Of a stretch of DNA of 35,075 nucleotides, positions 10,895 through 19,722 are shown in pieces. Position 1 is the stretch's first letter. Every line of letters starts with the position of its first letter. The stretch spans positions 1-35,075 of IMG/VR virus record IMGVR_UViG_3300012667_000378; one strand, written 5' to 3'. Below the pieces are notes generated by a model that saw only the letters and a program-made list of their open reading frames with translations, ran no database searches and was not told the DNA's origin. The position numbers were made by a program, and so were the translations under genes. Origin of the DNA: a virus. Its lineage: Duplodnaviria > Caudoviricetes.

Positions 10895-12667
10895 ATGGCA
10901 ACTAAAAAGACAACGATAGCCGCCGAAATCAAAGTCGATACCGGCGGAGCTGAGAAAGAAGTATCGGATTTAAAAGACAATATCGAAGGCGTCGGGGAGG
11001 CGACCGCCGTTAGTATTACCGAGCTTAAAAAATTAAAAAACGAATTAAAAACCGCTGCGGTTGGCTCCGAAGAGTTTAAAAAATTAAAACAAGCTATTGA
11101 CGATACCGAAGAGGCGATCAATGCTGCTAAAATAGGCGCCGGAAACTTTGCAGATATTGTCGGAAATTTGCCCGGCCCTATTGGCGAAATTGGAGGGCAA
11201 GTAAGTAATTTAACAGGAGGTTTAAAACAATTTTCTCAAGTTAGCTTTGCAGATATTAAAGGATCGTTTAAAGATTTATTTGACGACATAAAAGATATTG
11301 GCGCTAACATAGCAAAAACGACAGGACTTACCAAGGTTTACGAAGTGGCAAATAAAGCAGCAAGTAAGTCATTGCAATTTTTTGGCGTATCAGCTCAAGG
11401 CGCTACGGCCGCGTCAAAAGCTTTTGGACTTGCGATTAGTGGTTTATTAGCAGCTACGGGATTGATACTATTAACGGCTACTATTCAAGCAGTTTCCGAA
11501 GCTTGGGAGTTTTATTCTACTAGCGCAGAAAGAGCAGAAGAGGCGCAAAAAAATTTAAACGAAACTTTATTAAAAGGATCTCAAGTTGCTTTAGACGCTG
11601 AAAGTAAAAGTATAAAAAGAAGCGGAGAATTACTATTAGCGCAAGCAAAAGCAAGGGGTGCAAGTGCGGACGAAATATATAAAATAGAGCAAAGCAATAG
11701 AAAATTACTTTTACAATCTCAAGAAAGGTATTATAATGAATTAAAAAACAAAGATAGCGACGAAGCAAGAGCGTCAATTAGTGCTATTAAAGATACTAAA
11801 AATGAAATTCTAATAGCGGAATTAAATTTTATAGATCAAAGAAACAAATTAATAAAAGAGAAAGAAAAGGCCGCAAGAGAAAAACAAGAAGCCGAGCAAA
11901 AGCAAGAAGAGGAAAAAAGGAAACAAAATATCCTTGATAAGCAAAAGTGGGACTTACAAATGAAGGAGTCTCAAATACAAGCAGACATTGAAGATAAAGC
12001 TTACGGCGATCAATTAATAGAAGAGGCGGAAAAAGCAGACGCAGAAAGGGCTGAAAAAGCTCAAAAAGCTAAAGAAGAGGACGCTAAAAAAAGCATGGAG
12101 CTAGCGTTATTTGTTTACAACGCCAATAAAAAATTAAAAGAACAGGAGAAAGCAGACGACGAAGCATTAACTCAAGCAAAATATAATAATGCTAATCAAA
12201 TTATAAATATTCTAGGAAACCTTAACGAAGCGGCCGGAGCAAGTTCGGCTATTGGTAAAGGTCTTGCTTTAGCTCAAATTGGTATCGATACCGCTCAAGC
12301 AATATCTGCCTTAGTTAAAAACTCCGAGCAAAACCCTTTAAACTCCTTAACTTTCGGAAGTGCGGGACTTACTCAGTTTTTAGCCGGTATGGTAAGAATT
12401 ACTGCAAATATCGCAAACGCTAAAAGGTTATTAAGTAGTAAGGTTGCAAGCGTGCCAAGTCCTGTAATGCCAAGTATGCCTAGGCCTTCAATTCCAAATG
12501 TCGGAATGAATGCGCCTTTATCCCCTACCATGGCGACAACAACTTTAAATCAAGCGCAAGTTAATCAAATAGGTAACGTCGCGGCAAGGGCATACGTTGT
12601 CGAAAGCGATATAAGCGGAAACCAAGAAAGAGTTATAAGATTAAACAGGGCGGCAAGAATTAGCTAA
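10895..12667 (+). CDS. Tape measure protein
   Basis: Ala/Lys/Glu-rich helical and coiled-coil protein with a hydrophobic segment and C-terminal RAYVVESDI motif. Confidence 0.85.
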   Translation: MATKKTTIAAEIKVDTGGAEKEVSDLKDNIEGVGEATAVSITELKKLKNELKTAAVGSEEFKKLKQAIDDTEEAINAAKIGAGNFADIVGNLPGPIGEIGGQVSNLTGGLKQFSQVSFADIKGSFKDLFDDIKDIGANIAKTTGLTKVYEVANKAASKSLQFFGVSAQGATAASKAFGLAISGLLAATGLILLTATIQAVSEAWEFYSTSAERAEEAQKNLNETLLKGSQVALDAESKSIKRSGELLLAQAKARGASADEIYKIEQSNRKLLLQSQERYYNELKNKDSDEARASISAIKDTKNEILIAELNFIDQRNKLIKEKEKAAREKQEAEQKQEEEKRKQNILDKQKWDLQMKESQIQADIEDKAYGDQLIEEAEKADAERAEKAQKAKEEDAKKSMELALFVYNANKKLKEQEKADDEALTQAKYNNANQIINILGNLNEAAGASSAIGKGLALAQIGIDTAQAISALVKNSEQNPLNSLTFGSAGLTQFLAGMVRITANIANAKRLLSSKVASVPSPVMPSMPRPSIPNVGMNAPLSPTMATTTLNQAQVNQIGNVAARAYVVESDISGNQERVIRLNRAARIS

Positions 12668-12669
12668 AA

Positions 12670-12702
12670 GTACCTAAACAAGATAAAAAATATTTATTAA
12701 GT
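12670..12702 (+). promoter_or_regulatory. Putative phage late promoter GTACC-N15-ATATTTA, leaderless
   Basis: Fills the intergenic gap before the protease gene; matches two other sites. Confidence 0.6.
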
Positions 12703-13731
12703 ATGAATTTACCAATATACGAATTACAAATACAAGAAGAGTTGCAAGACGATAGCGAGGTTTCGTTTATTGCTCTTGTAGACAAGCCGGCAATACAACG
12801 CGATTTCGTTGCGTTTAGCCAAGACTTTATCGAGCCAAGCAAAGGCGAAGGACAAGACGCATTTTTACCTCGTTGTATTAAATACGTTATAGATGAAGGC
12901 AAAGATAGCGAGCAAGCCGTTGCGATATGTAACTCTATTTGGGAGCAACACTTTGCCGGAGCAAAAGTTTCTTACGATTACGACGATACCTTAAGTACTG
13001 AAAAAGGTAAGGAAATGGCAAGAAAGTCTATTGAAGCCGGAAATGAAGTTTATATTATTTCAGCAAGACAAGACAAAGAAGGTTTGCTTTCAGTAGCTAA
13101 AGAGTTAGGAATATCCGAAAGCAAAGTTTATGCAACAGGATCTAATAAGGCAAAGATTGAAAAAATAAAGGAGTTAGGAATAACAAAACATATTGATAAT
13201 AACGCAGACGTAATCGACGAACTTGGATCGATTGGCTCTAAATTTCAATATCAAATGTTTGCAATACAGGACGAAGATAAGCACATTATAAGCGGGCCTT
13301 TGATGTTAGCAGATAAGCCAATTTATAGAAACAATAAGCAGTTCGGCGAGCATTATGTAACGTTTAGCGCTGAGACAATTAAAGACATTGCGATTAAATT
13401 TTCTAAAAAAGGTTATCAAAGCAATGTTAATTTAATGCATGACAAGTCCATGCAATTAGACGGCTTGATTATGTTTGAATCTTTTATCGTTGACAAAGCA
13501 AGGGGTATTCAACCAATGGCCGGATTCGAGGACGCTAAAGACGGCTCTTGGTTTGGTAGCTTTTACGTTGAGAATGACAAGGCTTGGCAACTTATAAAAG
13601 AAGGCAAAGTAAAAGGATTTTCCGTTGAGGGATTTTTTGAATATCCGGCAAAAAAAGAAGAGCCGACATACGCAGAAAAAAAGCTTCAAGAGTTAGCGGA
13701 AATGCTAAAAGTACCTTATCCAATTAAATAA
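12703..13731 (+). CDS. Prohead protease (XkdF-like) with inserted small domain and HAD-like domain
   Basis: IALVDKPAI..., ISGPLMLAD, NLMH, GSWF, IKEGKVKGFSVEG; the insert carries DYDDTL, IISAR and HIDNN. Confidence 0.8.
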   Translation: MNLPIYELQIQEELQDDSEVSFIALVDKPAIQRDFVAFSQDFIEPSKGEGQDAFLPRCIKYVIDEGKDSEQAVAICNSIWEQHFAGAKVSYDYDDTLSTEKGKEMARKSIEAGNEVYIISARQDKEGLLSVAKELGISESKVYATGSNKAKIEKIKELGITKHIDNNADVIDELGSIGSKFQYQMFAIQDEDKHIISGPLMLADKPIYRNNKQFGEHYVTFSAETIKDIAIKFSKKGYQSNVNLMHDKSMQLDGLIMFESFIVDKARGIQPMAGFEDAKDGSWFGSFYVENDKAWQLIKEGKVKGFSVEGFFEYPAKKEEPTYAEKKLQELAEMLKVPYPIK

Positions 13732-13743
13732 TATATATAAAGT
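13711..13743 (+). promoter_or_regulatory. Putative phage late promoter GTACC-N15-ATATATA, leaderless
   Basis: Same spacing to ATG (33 nt) as 12670. Confidence 0.6.
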
Positions 13744-14325
13744 ATGAAAGACGCACAAAACATTCTAGACAAAGTATCTTTGTTTTTCGCTGAGTTAGTG
13801 AATAGCGAAGATATGCCAATGCCTAGCGGCGAGCCTAAAGCAGAAGTTAAAATGATTGAAGCTAAGTTGAAAGACGGCACAATCGTTGAAGTAACTGAGT
13901 TAGCAGTTGGCGGCATTGTAACTATTGAAGGCAAACCGGCACCGGTTGGCGAGCATGAACTTGAAAGCGGCGAAGTTATCGTTTTAGGCGATAATGGCGC
14001 GATCATGGAAATCAAGCCAAAAATGCAAGATGAAGTTAAAGTTGAAGTACCTGTTGTTGAAGATGACATGACTGCAAAATTTGCGGCATTTGAATCTGCA
14101 ACAAACGAAAAATTTTCAGCTTACGAATCTAAGTTTGCACAATACGAGGCTAAATTAGGCCAAGCAAATAAAGTAATTGAAGGCTTAATGCAGATTAGCA
14201 AAATGCTAGTTGAAGCACCTCAGTCAGCACCGGACGCGGGTGTTAAAACAAGCAACAATTTTGCAGAAGTTAAAAAAGACGCTAAAGCAGAATTTGAAAA
14301 ATTTTCTCAATCAATTTGTTCATAA
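13744..14325 (+). CDS. Capsid scaffolding protein
   Basis: Acidic, PAPVGEHELESG motif and coiled-coil C-terminus; lies between protease and capsid genes. Confidence 0.7.
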   Translation: MKDAQNILDKVSLFFAELVNSEDMPMPSGEPKAEVKMIEAKLKDGTIVEVTELAVGGIVTIEGKPAPVGEHELESGEVIVLGDNGAIMEIKPKMQDEVKVEVPVVEDDMTAKFAAFESATNEKFSAYESKFAQYEAKLGQANKVIEGLMQISKMLVEAPQSAPDAGVKTSNNFAEVKKDAKAEFEKFSQSICS

Positions 14326-14341
14326 CTAAAAATTAATAAAA

Positions 14342-15301
14342 ATGTCATTATCATTTTCAAACATTGCAGCATATACTAAACAAGAGATTGCTCCATTGTT
14401 AACCGAAGCAGTTTTTTCTGCTAAAACTCAAGGCTTAGTAAAGCAAGGCGGTATCTTATTACCTAAGACAAAGTCTAGCGTAAAAGTTCCTAAATTAGCT
14501 ACTCAAGCAAATTTCCAAACTGATTCTTGTGGTTGGGATCCAAGCGGTACTACAACTTTGTCTCAAGCTGAGGTTGTTGTAGGTAAAATCAAAATCGAAG
14601 AGACAATTTGTCCTAAAGATTTCGAAGCTTATTTTTCTCAAGAAGCTTTAAAAGCGGGATCAACTTACGAAGATTTTGGTTGGAGCGAGTTCCAAACTAA
14701 ATTCACTGAGCAAAAAAATAAGATGATTGCTAAGCAATTAGAAGTTGCAATTTGGCAAGGCGATACCGATAGCACTAATCCTAATTTGTCTAACTTTGAC
14801 GGATTGATTAAGTTAATCGACGCGGGTTCTCCTGTAAACGCTAACGTGAGCGGATATGTAAGCGGTGGCCCTTTATCTTCTATTACTGCGGCTAACGTTG
14901 TTAGTGCATTGAACGGAGTATATAAGGCAATCCCTGTTGAAATTATCGACATGGCAGACTTAAAAGTATTCGTTGGTAACGACGTTTATAGATTAGCAGT
15001 TTTAGCTTACCAAGCTTTAAACCTTTACAACTACAAAGTTGACGGAGACATGAACCAAACTTTCATTATTCCGGGAACTAACGTTGAATTAGTAGCGGTT
15101 AATGGTTTGAATGGTACAGGCGACATCTATGCAACAACTTTGTCTAATATCGCTATGGCGTTTGACTTAGAAGCAGAAGAGGAAAATTACACAATTTGGT
15201 ACTCTAAAGATAATAACGAAGTGCGTTATAGAGTAGCTTTCAAGTTAGGTGTGAACGTAGCTTATACAACTATGTGTGTTAAGTTCAAGTCTACTATCTA
15301 A
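14342..15301 (+). CDS. Major capsid protein
   Basis: 319 aa after the scaffold; ETICPKDFE, AIWQGD, FDGLIKL motifs; followed by a strong terminator. Confidence 0.85.
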   Translation: MSLSFSNIAAYTKQEIAPLLTEAVFSAKTQGLVKQGGILLPKTKSSVKVPKLATQANFQTDSCGWDPSGTTTLSQAEVVVGKIKIEETICPKDFEAYFSQEALKAGSTYEDFGWSEFQTKFTEQKNKMIAKQLEVAIWQGDTDSTNPNLSNFDGLIKLIDAGSPVNANVSGYVSGGPLSSITAANVVSALNGVYKAIPVEIIDMADLKVFVGNDVYRLAVLAYQALNLYNYKVDGDMNQTFIIPGTNVELVAVNGLNGTGDIYATTLSNIAMAFDLEAEEENYTIWYSKDNNEVRYRVAFKLGVNVAYTTMCVKFKSTI

Positions 15302-15320
15302 TTTTATAAATAACCAAAAG

Positions 15321-15351
15321 AAGGCGGTGCAATAAACGCCGCCTTTTTTTT
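15321..15351 (+). terminator. Rho-independent terminator
   Basis: AAGGCGGTG/CGCCGCCTT stem followed by a T-run, downstream of the capsid gene. Confidence 0.85.
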
Positions 15352-15365
15352 AAACTTTTTTTATT

Positions 15366-15884
15366 ATGGCATGCGCAATAACTAGCGGTTACACGATCGA
15401 TTGTCGCGAGAATATCGGAGGCTTACAAGCAGTATTCTTAGCGGAGTTCGGTAACATTACGGCGGTTGCTGAGGTAAGCGGTTTAGTTACCGGAATTACA
15501 AAAGCAACAGGCAAAAGATTTTATAAGTTTGAAGTGCCAAGAGCAACTGCAAACACAAGCTCAAATGCGACCGCTTCCGAAGAGAACGGATCAGTATTTT
15601 ACACGCACCAAGTTGTATTCCCTTTGAACAAAAGAGACTCAACAACTGCAAACATTGTTCGTACTTTAGCTAAGAACAAATTAGTTGCGGTTACTTTAGA
15701 TATGGACGGAAACTACCGCATGTACGGCGAAGGTAACGGACTTTATTTAGCAACAACTGAAAGCGGATCGGGTACGGCTGCGGGCGATCGTAACGGCTAC
15801 AATATCACTTTAAGCGGTATTGAGAAAGACGACTTCTTACAAGTGTCAGCCTCAGTAGGAGCTGCACTAGAGACTGCGGGGTAA
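15366..15884 (+). CDS. Major tail (tube) protein
   Basis: MAC..TSG..CRENIGGL, ENGSVFYT, GTAAGDRNGYNITLSG pattern of Bacteroidota siphophage tail tubes. Confidence 0.75.
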   Translation: MACAITSGYTIDCRENIGGLQAVFLAEFGNITAVAEVSGLVTGITKATGKRFYKFEVPRATANTSSNATASEENGSVFYTHQVVFPLNKRDSTTANIVRTLAKNKLVAVTLDMDGNYRMYGEGNGLYLATTESGSGTAAGDRNGYNITLSGIEKDDFLQVSASVGAALETAG

Positions 15885-15911
15885 TTCTACCGAAGCAGTA
15901 ATTTAATTATG

Positions 15912-15943
15912 GCCTACCTACGATTGTGTAGGTAGGCTTTTTT
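15912..15943 (+). terminator. Rho-independent terminator
   Basis: Perfect 10-bp stem GCCTACCTAC/GTAGGTAGGC followed by T6. Confidence 0.9.
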
Positions 15944-15955
15944 AATTTTAACAAC

Positions 15956-16330
15956 ATGTTGCATATTTATAAAGGAGTAGACAATAATTTAATATTTACC
16001 GGCTTAGAATTGGCGACAATTAGTAACCCGAAATACTTGTTTATTTTTACAAGTGCAACCGATAATTGCGTTACCTTTGTAGGGACGAATTTAAGTACTG
16101 ACAACAGGTATCAAAAAGTACTTGTATTGAAGTCAGTATTTGATAATAAAGAGAGCGGCACTTGGAGGTATAAGATAAGGGAGCAAGTAAGTGCAACTAA
16201 TACTAAAGAGGCTTTGAGTGGCGCGATAGTAGAGGAGGGATTTATGTATTTACATGACCAAGTCGATTGTCCTCAACCCGAGTACAACGAGCAAGATAAC
16301 GAATTTAAAACTTATACAAGTGAGCAATAA
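15956..16330 (+). CDS. Putative virion (head closure/neck) protein
   Basis: Position between tail tube and portal; function inferred only. Confidence 0.5.
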   Translation: MLHIYKGVDNNLIFTGLELATISNPKYLFIFTSATDNCVTFVGTNLSTDNRYQKVLVLKSVFDNKESGTWRYKIREQVSATNTKEALSGAIVEEGFMYLHDQVDCPQPEYNEQDNEFKTYTSEQ

Positions 16331-18296
16331 ATATCAATTAATAAACATTCAGTTTGACCAAGCGCAACAACCTAGATTCGAAGAGAAAAAAGGAAAAAAT
16401 TACGTTGAGTTTGGAGCAAAAAACAATTACCCAAATTACTTGATTGAGTTATTTGGCGAATCGCCTAAGCATGGCGCAATCGTTAAAGGTAAAGTCAATT
16501 ACATTTTTGGTAAAGGATTCGAAGGCGTTGAGCAAAAAGCAAACACGCAAGGCGAGACATGGAATCAAATAATGAAGCGCGCCATTTTAGACGACGAATT
16601 ACAAGGCGGATATTATTTGCAAATTATCTATAATACTTTAGGTAAGATTAAGGACGTATTTCATATCGAGTTCCAAAAAGTAAGAGCGAGCAAAGACTTG
16701 TCTACTTTTTACGTTAAAAACGATTGGACGGCTAGCGACTTTAAAGAGAAAGCTAGAGAATATCCGGCGTTTAATTTAAACGATCCGACAGGTACTCAAA
16801 TTTTATTTGTAAAGCAGTATAACCCTAAGAGCGACGTTTACCCATTGCCGAGTTATTTCCAAGGTCTTAACTATATCGAAAGCGATATTCAAGTAAGTCG
16901 CCATATCTTAGGCAATGCGAAGCATAACTTCGTCGCTACTAAGTTAATTAATTTTAACAATGGCTTACCTCAAGAAGAGGAACAAGAAGAGGTTGAAAGC
17001 GATTTAAAACGTAAGTTCGCAAATCATGACGGAGATCGCGTTGTTATTGCGTTTAACCCTTCAAGAGAAAATGCGGTCGACATTGTAGACTTAGGCGAGA
17101 CAAGCTTAACTAAAGAAGATTTTACCAACGTCAATAATTTGATTCAACAGGAAATTTTTTCATGTCATCAAGTTACGAGTCCAATGTTATTTGGTATTAA
17201 GACCGAAGGACAATTAGGTGGACGTAGCGAAATTAGAGACGCTTACCAAATATTCCAAAATACTTATGTAAACGAGCGTCAACAAGAGCATGAGCAAGTA
17301 TTTACTAAGTTAATGAATTTAGCGGGTATCGAAGGCGAGTTTAAGATTGTACCTGTTGAGCCGTTAAGCTTTGAATTTAGCGAAGCAGTAATGAGCGCTA
17401 ACATGACAAGAGACGAAATTAGAGAAAAATTAGGATTGCAAAGCTCGGTTGTAGACGCTAGCGGTACGCCGGTAACTCAAGAGGTAAAGGCTAACGCAAC
17501 GATTACAAACTTAAGCGGTCGTCAACACCAAAACGTTATGCGTATCGTTAGACAATTCGGAAGCGGTAAGATTAATAAGGCGCAAGCTGCGTTAATGTTA
17601 AAGTCCGGCTTCGGATTTACGGACGCAGACGTTGACACATTCTTAGGAATCGACGACGATCCGGCAACGGAGCAAGCGTTTGCGTCTATGCAAGACGATT
17701 TGTTGGTTAATGAGTTTGCGGCATGTGGCGACAATGTGGACGATTTCGAAGTGGTTGAAACGCACGAAGCAAAAGGTTACGAAGCATTTGCAGACGAGGA
17801 AATAAACACGCTTAAGGCTAACGTATTAGATTTAATTAGCAAGGATAAAAGGATAACTCCGGAGGTATTAGGTAAGGTATTGAATAAAAGCGTTGAGCAA
17901 ATAGATCAAACTATTGAGGCGCTAAAGACTGAGGGGTACTTAACTCAAATAGGTACTGAGGTAAGCATTTTAAACCCCACTTATGTACCTATTGTAAGAG
18001 AATTGGTTGAGCCACTTAGTAAAATTGCCGGCGGCAATAAGACAACTAAGACCGAGGTGTTATTAAGATATACTTACTCAGGGCCGGAAGATAGTAAAAA
18101 TAGACCATTTTGCGCGCGTATGCTGCAACTTGCTAAGACTAAACTTTGGAGCCGTGCAGATATTGAAAATATTAGCGAGCGTTTAGGTTATTCGGTTTGG
18201 GATCGTCGCGGCGGTTGGTTTACTGAGCCTAACGGCAATCATAGACCATATTGCCGACACAGGTGGCAAGTTAAAATTGTAACTAGAAAAAAATAA
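16320..18296 (+). CDS. Portal protein with C-terminal wHTH-like and MuF-like extension
   Basis: FGAKNNYPNYL, SPKHGAIV, YPLPSY, HQVTSPMLFGI portal motifs; C-terminal RPFC...PYCRHRW. Start probably GTG 16320 rather than ATG 16254. Confidence 0.85.
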   Translation: MSNKYQLINIQFDQAQQPRFEEKKGKNYVEFGAKNNYPNYLIELFGESPKHGAIVKGKVNYIFGKGFEGVEQKANTQGETWNQIMKRAILDDELQGGYYLQIIYNTLGKIKDVFHIEFQKVRASKDLSTFYVKNDWTASDFKEKAREYPAFNLNDPTGTQILFVKQYNPKSDVYPLPSYFQGLNYIESDIQVSRHILGNAKHNFVATKLINFNNGLPQEEEQEEVESDLKRKFANHDGDRVVIAFNPSRENAVDIVDLGETSLTKEDFTNVNNLIQQEIFSCHQVTSPMLFGIKTEGQLGGRSEIRDAYQIFQNTYVNERQQEHEQVFTKLMNLAGIEGEFKIVPVEPLSFEFSEAVMSANMTRDEIREKLGLQSSVVDASGTPVTQEVKANATITNLSGRQHQNVMRIVRQFGSGKINKAQAALMLKSGFGFTDADVDTFLGIDDDPATEQAFASMQDDLLVNEFAACGDNVDDFEVVETHEAKGYEAFADEEINTLKANVLDLISKDKRITPEVLGKVLNKSVEQIDQTIEALKTEGYLTQIGTEVSILNPTYVPIVRELVEPLSKIAGGNKTTKTEVLLRYTYSGPEDSKNRPFCARMLQLAKTKLWSRADIENISERLGYSVWDRRGGWFTEPNGNHRPYCRHRWQVKIVTRKK

Positions 18297-18299
18297 AAA

Positions 18300-18872
18300 A
18301 TGAGTTTAAACGTACTTTTTATAACTGAGACACTTGTCAAAAGTCGTACCGCAATAAGCGAAGCGATCGACGGCAAGCAGATATTACCTGTAATCAAGTT
18401 AGCGCAAGATAAATTTATTTTGCCGGCGTTAGGTAGTGGCCTTTACAAAAGATTGCAAGAAGGAATCGATTTAGGTAATTTAAGCCAAGACGAAAGAAAC
18501 TTGCTTGATAATTACATAACTGATACTTTGCTTTGGTTTACTATTGGCGAAATGGTTATAAGTACAAGCTTTCAATTTTTTAGCAAAGGCGTATTGCAGA
18601 AAGCGGCCGAAGATAGCAACAACCCTTCTAAAGGTCAACTTGAGTTGCTAGAGCGTAAGTACATGAGCAACGGAGAATTTTACAAGCAACGTTTGATTGA
18701 TTACTTAAGAGAAAATTCGACAATGTTTGAGCAATATTTGCAGTATGGTAGCGGCTTTGACGCTATTGCTCCGCAGATTCAAGCTTATACGTCTCCTATT
18801 TATTTAGGTAGACGTGGCGGACGTAGAAAAATTAGTAACCTAGACTTACCTTATGAAGATACGCAGTTATAA
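18300..18872 (+). CDS. Head-tail adaptor
   Basis: Follows the portal; IKLAQDKFILPALGSGLY and FYKQRLIDYL pattern. Confidence 0.6.
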   Translation: MSLNVLFITETLVKSRTAISEAIDGKQILPVIKLAQDKFILPALGSGLYKRLQEGIDLGNLSQDERNLLDNYITDTLLWFTIGEMVISTSFQFFSKGVLQKAAEDSNNPSKGQLELLERKYMSNGEFYKQRLIDYLRENSTMFEQYLQYGSGFDAIAPQIQAYTSPIYLGRRGGRRKISNLDLPYEDTQL

Positions 18873-19014
18873 ACGCGAGTTTGTAGAAAGAGTAAAACAA
18901 AAATTTAATGACATACAACCAAGTAATAACGGAAATAAAAGCAATACTAGCGACGCACGCAATGATAAAGAGCGTAAAAAACGCGACGCCGAGAGAATGG
19001 TTGTTCAAAGATAG
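18853..19014 (+). CDS. Possible small bridging ORF (53 aa)
   Basis: MKIRSYKREFVERVKQKF...; spans the gap between adaptor and terminator genes but mostly overlaps the latter. Confidence 0.3.
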   Translation: MKIRSYKREFVERVKQKFNDIQPSNNGNKSNTSDARNDKERKKRDAERMVVQR

Positions 19015-19345
19015 TCAGCCTGTTTTTCCTATTGCATGTATCGCCATTAACAACGGATCGCTTAACGTAGGCCGTGAGCAAGTATATAATATAAGCTTAT
19101 GGTTTCTAGATAAAGCCGGACTTGAAGGCGAGTTTGAGCAAGACGTAACTAGCGATCAGTTGCAGATATGCGCAGACATTATAAGCAAGTTAAGGAATGG
19201 CGCTAACGATTGGCAGATTGACGATAACATAACATATAATTTAATACTAGATAAGTTCGAGGACTATTTAAGTGGCGTTGAAGTTAGCTTTAACATGACT
19301 ACTTATTCGGATTTCGACGCTTGCGATATACCTTTAAACCCATAA
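18908..19345 (+). CDS. Tail terminator protein
   Basis: Size, position and acidic alpha/beta pattern ending in CDIP. Confidence 0.6.
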   Translation: MTYNQVITEIKAILATHAMIKSVKNATPREWLFKDSQPVFPIACIAINNGSLNVGREQVYNISLWFLDKAGLEGEFEQDVTSDQLQICADIISKLRNGANDWQIDDNITYNLILDKFEDYLSGVEVSFNMTTYSDFDACDIPLNP

Positions 19346-19348
19346 AAA

Positions 19349-19717
19349 ATGAGTTGTAATTCTACTAGCGCAGATTTAAGACCGGCGCAATACAATGTAA
19401 AGATTTGGCGTAACGATTCATGGGCGCAAACATTTGCTTTATTAGCAGATACTACGCCTATTGATTTAAGCGGCTCAACTATTTTAATACAAGTAAGACC
19501 AACGCCGACAAGTAGCGTTGTTGCTTTAGAGTTAAGTACCGACGATAGCAGTATCGGAATCGGTGGCGTTGACAATAATCAAATAACCTTAAACAAGATC
19601 GTAGACATAGCGGCGAGTACTTATGTATACGATATGAATGTAACCTTCCCTAGTGGCGAAGTCAAGACATATCTTTGGGGTAATTTTATTGTAAGTGAGG
19701 ACATATCTAAAGCATAA
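19349..19717 (+). CDS. BppU-like baseplate/fibre attachment protein
   Basis: IDLSG....QVR, YVYDMNVT..GEVKTYLWGNFIV motif directly before the fibre gene. Confidence 0.6.
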   Translation: MSCNSTSADLRPAQYNVKIWRNDSWAQTFALLADTTPIDLSGSTILIQVRPTPTSSVVALELSTDDSSIGIGGVDNNQITLNKIVDIAASTYVYDMNVTFPSGEVKTYLWGNFIVSEDISKA

Positions 19718-19722
19718 ACAAA

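Noticed and set aside
15963-15978. ATATTTATAAAGGAGT as a fourth late promoter
   Set aside because: It lies inside a CDS, has no upstream GTACC box and no adjacent ATG.
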